Source: Nitrosopumilus sp.
GTDB lineage: Archaea; Thermoproteota; Nitrososphaeria; Nitrososphaerales; Nitrosopumilaceae
Assembly (NCBI GenBank): GCA_965214775.1
Contig: OZ243974.1
Span: 2,080,001-2,144,000, forward strand
Length of the DNA: 64,000 bases
Reading direction: 5' to 3'
This document shows, one piece after another, positions 59,452 to 64,000 of this stretch. Below the pieces are notes generated by a model. The model was not told the origin of the DNA, did no database searches, and worked only from the letters and a program-made list of their open reading frames with translations. A program made the position numbers and the translations under genes. The number at the start of each line of letters is the position of its first letter. Within the stretch, counting starts at the first letter, position 1.

Positions 59452-59955
59452 GTGAATGTCTACATTTTACGTCATGGCAAAGCTGAGGAATTATCCGAAC
59501 GCATCAAAAGTGATTCAAAACGAAGACTAACCGAATCTGGAATTAAGGAATTGGAGCAAATCTCAAAGTTTCTCAAGGCAACAGAACTGGAATTTACATC
59601 AATTGTTTCCAGTCCCTTAACTCGGGCAAAACAGACAGCTGAAATCGTTTCCAGAGAAACAAAATTCAAAAAGACCATTGTCATTTGGAATGAGTTAAAG
59701 CCTGAAATTAATGCTGATCTTACTTTACGAAAACTATCAAAAATGAAACCTGACTCGTCCGTTCTTTTGATCGGACACGAACCTCATCTGAGCAGCCTGA
59801 TATCGGAAATTATCTCTGAGACGCCAAGTGACGTTGACATTTCCCTGAAAAAAGGGGGGTTTGCACATGTAAGGCTGTCCTTTCAAAAGGGAACACCAAA
59901 CGGATCCTTGCGATCATTAATGACGCCAAAACAACTCAAAAAACTAAGCAAGTAG
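59452..59955 (+). CDS. sixA: Phosphohistidine phosphatase
   Basis: LRHGKA, SSPLTRAKQT, IGHEP; likely GTG start at 59452. Confidence 0.92.
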   Translation: MNVYILRHGKAEELSERIKSDSKRRLTESGIKELEQISKFLKATELEFTSIVSSPLTRAKQTAEIVSRETKFKKTIVIWNELKPEINADLTLRKLSKMKPDSSVLLIGHEPHLSSLISEIISETPSDVDISLKKGGFAHVRLSFQKGTPNGSLRSLMTPKQLKKLSK

Positions 59956-59998
59956 ATAGTTTTTTTTCATTGTACGTGGATAAATTATCGGCTCAAAA

Positions 59999-61570
59999 AT
60001 GAAATCTGACGAATTGAAGCGATTTCCATCTGCAAACAATATGGGCAAGGCATCTGTAATTGATCTGGGATCCAACTCAGTTAAAATGGTAAATTATAAT
60101 GTCGATTCCAACAACTCCTACAAACCGTATCATCAGGAATCTCTCAGGGTCAAACTGGCTGAAGGACTTCAGGATGGCGTCATCCAGGACAGCCATATTG
60201 AAAACACCGTTGAAATTTTGAAATATTTCAGAAACATTGTGGATTTTGAACAAATTGACTATGTTATTTCTGTGGCAACTAGCGCTGTAAGGGATGCATC
60301 AAACAGGCAAGTCTTTGTTGAAAAAATCAGCAAGGAAACCGGCTTTAACTTTAAGATCCTCTCTGAACATGAAGAGGCACTGTATTCCTATGCAGGCGCC
60401 ATGCGTTCCCTGAACCTTCCTCATGCCGTGTTTTTTGATATTGGCGGTGGCAGCCTGGAAATCGTTTCCTCGTATAATTTTGAAATAAAAAAGGTAATCT
60501 CGCTGCCTCTGGGTTCCTTGCGGCTTACACAAAAATTCTCGTCCTCTGAGGGTGATATCTCTTCAAAACAACTTCAAAAATTAAAAGAGCATGTTGCGGA
60601 ACTTTTGCCAGATAGGGGCAAACTGGGCATGTCTGATTTTGATGACGTTGCACTTGTTGGCGTTGGCGGTTCCTTGCGCGCATTGGGAAAATACACCCAA
60701 GGCAAAACCTCGTATCCCTTGAAGAAATTACACAACTACAAAATTAGCCTAGGGTCTTTCACCCCTCTTTTCAACGAACTGCTTTCTCAAGACACTGAAA
60801 AAATCCGCAGAATAGACTCGATTGGAAACAGCCGTGCTGACACAATCAAGGCCGGAACAACCGTAATTGCCGAACTTGCGAAAAAACTAGGCTTTGATTC
60901 TTTGATTGTAAGCGCACAAGGATTGCGAGAAGGAACTCTTTCGTTATCCTTGCAATATCCAGACGAGTTTTCCAATCATCAGATAGATGCCGAACATGTC
61001 CAGGATTTGATACATTTATCATGCCAACCCGATTTGGTTTCCGAATACGTTGAAGACCTGGTCAGATTACTGTTTTCAAAGAAATTAATATCTGATAAGG
61101 AAAGAATATTGCTGGCCCAAGCCATCCTGCAAATCGACAAACTTTCCTCATTTAGGGACGTCGACAACGTTTTGTATGCGATCCTAGATGATGACAGCAT
61201 TCTTTCCCATCGTGAACAAATTATAGTCGCCTTGTCACTGATCTATTCAAAAAAGAAAAAGAAATCCGAATACCTGTTTACAAAGTTTGAAAACATTTTA
61301 GATCTTGCAGACAAAAAAATCATTAAAAAAATTTCAACTGTTGTTTCTCTTTGTGACATATTTCATAAAACCGGAACTCTGGTCAAGCCAAAAATGGACT
61401 CCGATAATTTGTTGGTTTTGGAAGTATACTCGTCAAAGAACACGTTTCCTGAGATGCTGCTGCAGCAGGCCTGCACAAAGATGGAAAATTCCCTTGGAAT
61501 CTCCATAAACTCCACAATTTATTACAGGACCTCGGAATCTTCTCCCTCAAAGCCCCTTGGGATCCGTTAG
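59999..61570 (+). CDS. ppx: Exopolyphosphatase (Ppx/GppA family)
   Basis: IDLGSNS, ATSAVRDA, DIGGGSLE, GLREG. Confidence 0.94.
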   Translation: MKSDELKRFPSANNMGKASVIDLGSNSVKMVNYNVDSNNSYKPYHQESLRVKLAEGLQDGVIQDSHIENTVEILKYFRNIVDFEQIDYVISVATSAVRDASNRQVFVEKISKETGFNFKILSEHEEALYSYAGAMRSLNLPHAVFFDIGGGSLEIVSSYNFEIKKVISLPLGSLRLTQKFSSSEGDISSKQLQKLKEHVAELLPDRGKLGMSDFDDVALVGVGGSLRALGKYTQGKTSYPLKKLHNYKISLGSFTPLFNELLSQDTEKIRRIDSIGNSRADTIKAGTTVIAELAKKLGFDSLIVSAQGLREGTLSLSLQYPDEFSNHQIDAEHVQDLIHLSCQPDLVSEYVEDLVRLLFSKKLISDKERILLAQAILQIDKLSSFRDVDNVLYAILDDDSILSHREQIIVALSLIYSKKKKKSEYLFTKFENILDLADKKIIKKISTVVSLCDIFHKTGTLVKPKMDSDNLLVLEVYSSKNTFPEMLLQQACTKMENSLGISINSTIYYRTSESSPSKPLGIR

Positions 61571-61599
61571 CGTGCCAAAACTCTGTGGAAAATTTATAG

Positions 61600-62328
61600 A
61601 TGAGAGACGATAACACTAACCTTACTTTGGGCAGTTCACGTCAATTTTTGAAAAAATACGGCATTCCAGGAAAGCTTGTTGTTGTCGAAGGCATTGACGG
61701 CTCTGGAAAATCAACTCAATTACGATTACTGGAAAAATGGCTGCGATACAACAATTTTGAGGTGTTTCGCACAGAATGGAATTCGTCTGATCTGGTAAAA
61801 TCTATTACCTCAAAGGGAAAGAAAAAGGCAAATCTTACGCCTACTACTTTTAGCCTCTTGCATGCAACAGATTTTGCAGACCGGTTTGAGAGAAATATCA
61901 TGCCCTTGCTTCGTGCAGGATACTTTGTATTGGCAGATAGATACGTCTACACTGCCTATGCGCGCGATGCCACTAGGGGATGCAATCCTAAATGGGTTCG
62001 TAAGGTGTATGATTTTGCACTAAAGCCTGACATTGCATTTTACTTTCGTATACCGATTGACATTTCCATGGATAGAATTTTGTCAGGACGACCAAAACTG
62101 AAATACTATGAAGCTGGAATGGATCTGAATCTCAGCAAAGATATCTATGAAAGCTATAGAATCTTCCAGAGCAGAATCATTGAGCAGTACGAGTCAATGA
62201 GCAAAAGGGAAAAATTCACTGTCATTGACGCTACCTTTGGAATCAAAGAACAGCAAAAAATCATGAGAGATAGGGTAAAAACACTGCTTCCGCCAAAACT
62301 AACCAAATCCATTTTGGAGGTTCCCTAA
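61600..62328 (+). CDS. Thymidylate-kinase-like protein with intact P-loop (probable catalytic subunit of a PPK3-type polyphosphate kinase)
   Basis: EGIDGSGKST, ADRY; paralog of next gene; follows ppx. Confidence 0.82.
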   Translation: MRDDNTNLTLGSSRQFLKKYGIPGKLVVVEGIDGSGKSTQLRLLEKWLRYNNFEVFRTEWNSSDLVKSITSKGKKKANLTPTTFSLLHATDFADRFERNIMPLLRAGYFVLADRYVYTAYARDATRGCNPKWVRKVYDFALKPDIAFYFRIPIDISMDRILSGRPKLKYYEAGMDLNLSKDIYESYRIFQSRIIEQYESMSKREKFTVIDATFGIKEQQKIMRDRVKTLLPPKLTKSILEVP

Positions 62329-62329
62329 A

Positions 62330-63067
62330 TTGATGAACGACCTGGCACATGCAGGCTCCAAACGAAGACCCCTGTGGTACGGAAATGGAAGGTTTGGAGG
62401 GATCCCGTACCTGGATTATCTTGAAATAAGCGGAAGACTGATTGTAATTGAGGGCCCGGATGCCTCTGGCCGCAGTTCTCAGATTGAAATGATTACGACT
62501 AGGTTGGAAGCTGATGGCTTTGCTGTTCTAAACACTGGCCTGAAACGTTCTGAATTAATTAGCGATGGAATATTGGAGGCAAAACAAAACGTTTCACTAG
62601 GAAAACGGACCAATGCGTTGTTTTATGCCGCTGATTTTGCCGATCAATTGGAACACAAAATCATTCCAGCTTTACAGGCAGGCTATGTCGTACTGGCCGA
62701 TCGGTACATCTACACGCTGATGGCTAGAAACACCGTTCGTGGAATCCGCAGACAGTGGTCTGCTGATCTGTTCAGCTTTGCCCTTGTTCCAGACTTGATA
62801 TTTTACCTGGACGTTGATCCCTTCAAACTGGTCCATAGAGTTTTTGAAAAACACCAGTCATTGGATTACTATGAATCGGGTGCTGACATGGGCCTATCAA
62901 ACGACATGTTTGAATCCTTTATACTTTATCAGAGAAAACTCGCAAAAGAGTTTGAATTTTTGAAGCAAAAATACGACTTAATTTCCGTAAATGGGAACAG
63001 GCCGTCTGAACAGGTAAATCTTTCTTTACAAAAACAAATCAGCAGGTTTTTGGCAAAAACCACGTGA
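62330..63067 (+). CDS. Thymidylate-kinase-like paralog with altered P-loop (probable regulatory subunit)
   Basis: EGPDASGRSS, ADRY, YYESGADM versus YYEAGMDL. Confidence 0.82.
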   Translation: MMNDLAHAGSKRRPLWYGNGRFGGIPYLDYLEISGRLIVIEGPDASGRSSQIEMITTRLEADGFAVLNTGLKRSELISDGILEAKQNVSLGKRTNALFYAADFADQLEHKIIPALQAGYVVLADRYIYTLMARNTVRGIRRQWSADLFSFALVPDLIFYLDVDPFKLVHRVFEKHQSLDYYESGADMGLSNDMFESFILYQRKLAKEFEFLKQKYDLISVNGNRPSEQVNLSLQKQISRFLAKTT

Positions 63068-63233
63068 CAAATTCGATCGTTTCTAAGATTTTTTTAAAAA
63101 TGTGATCCTGCCAATAAAAGACCGATCGCATGTTTGGATGAGCCAAACGAAGAAAACATCCATAATGTCAGATCTCCGATTCGCAGACTGGAATGATAAA
63201 ACTGTTATTTATGGGTAAATAAAGAGGAATACT

Positions 63234-63779
63234 GTGCCCCGTAAGCGAATCAACTCTGAGATCGAAGATCTAGACAAAGTGATGCGTCAGGTGGCAAAGG
63301 CCAACAAATACCTGACACGTGGAATGTATGAAAAGGCCTTACCGCTCTTTGAGAGACTAATAGACATGCATCCTGACTTGGAGGACGGATACGGGGGAAA
63401 GGCAGTTGCCCTGCTGAATATGGACGATCCCGGGGAGGCTGTAAAATACTTTGACAAGGCGCTCAAGTGTAATCCGAACAGGGCCGCTACGTACGGCACC
63501 AAGGGACAGGCCCTAGAGTCCCTTGGCAGACTCGAGGATGCGGCAAAATGCTATGAGAAGGTGATTGAGCTTGCACCAAACGACATTGGGGGGTACGTAT
63601 ACCGTGCAGGCGTTGCCATGAAACTCAACAATATAGAGGATTTGATCACGTACCTTTCGACTGCAATCGAAACAGAGGCCGATGACGAGATCGGACTTGC
63701 TCTTCAAAAACATGCAAAAGAGATGCTCCGCACTATAGAACAGTGCGTAGATGAACATGAAGGGCCGGACAAGAAATGA
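63234..63779 (+). CDS. TPR-repeat protein
   Basis: Three to four TPRs (EAVKYFDKALKCNP; AAKCYEKVIELAP). Confidence 0.88.
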   Translation: MPRKRINSEIEDLDKVMRQVAKANKYLTRGMYEKALPLFERLIDMHPDLEDGYGGKAVALLNMDDPGEAVKYFDKALKCNPNRAATYGTKGQALESLGRLEDAAKCYEKVIELAPNDIGGYVYRAGVAMKLNNIEDLITYLSTAIETEADDEIGLALQKHAKEMLRTIEQCVDEHEGPDKK

Positions 63780-64000
63780 CCATGCAACAACATCACTCAA
63801 ACCATTTAACGTAATGGTTCGGGCTCCTGAAGTTCACACATGGATGATTTTGCTGCTAATGAAAAGTGCCGATCAAAACGGAATCCGTGCCTAAAATCAT
63901 CATCATCATCATCAGAAACGGCTTTCAGAACACAATCCGTTGCGTCTTTTGCTGTCCTCGTGAAAGGATGTTGACATGTTTTTTATTCCTCTAAAACCAA

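Overview
Archaeal DNA whose gene content points to an ammonia-oxidising thaumarchaeote (Nitrosopumilaceae-like). The dense IS/MITE load and a GC-richer island of adhesin-type genes suggest, but do not prove, a host-associated lineage. The backbone carries tRNA-Glu(CTC), secreted proteins with the thaumarchaeal IPxWIKxNAxWW tail, a DrrAB-type ABC exporter, pstS ... phoU-AbrB/pstCAB/phoU, sbtAB, arsM(decayed)-arsC-aquaporin, hemL-hemC-cobA-hemD, thi4/sulfite reductase/rhodanese, a collagen-like and a histone H1-like protein, a DRG GTPase, argS and a sixA-ppx-tandem TMK-like (PPK3-type) polyphosphate locus. Highlights read from the sequence: (1) IS630-type elements whose empty sites contain no TA (CG duplication or blunt insertion), supported by reading-frame restoration of a ~1287-codon surface-protein gene broken by three insertions; (2) a secreted protein of three tandem Hcp/tail-tube-like repeats next to pstS; (3) a CTATATAG palindrome upstream of three phosphate loci and of that gene (candidate Pho box); (4) a MITE-bracketed YwgA/Panacea-like + HD dNTPase-like gene pair (candidate defence module); (5) about six MITE families, several with readable target duplications; (6) an unannotated 44-aa metallothionein-like ORF. 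All assignments are by eye from motifs; no database search was run.
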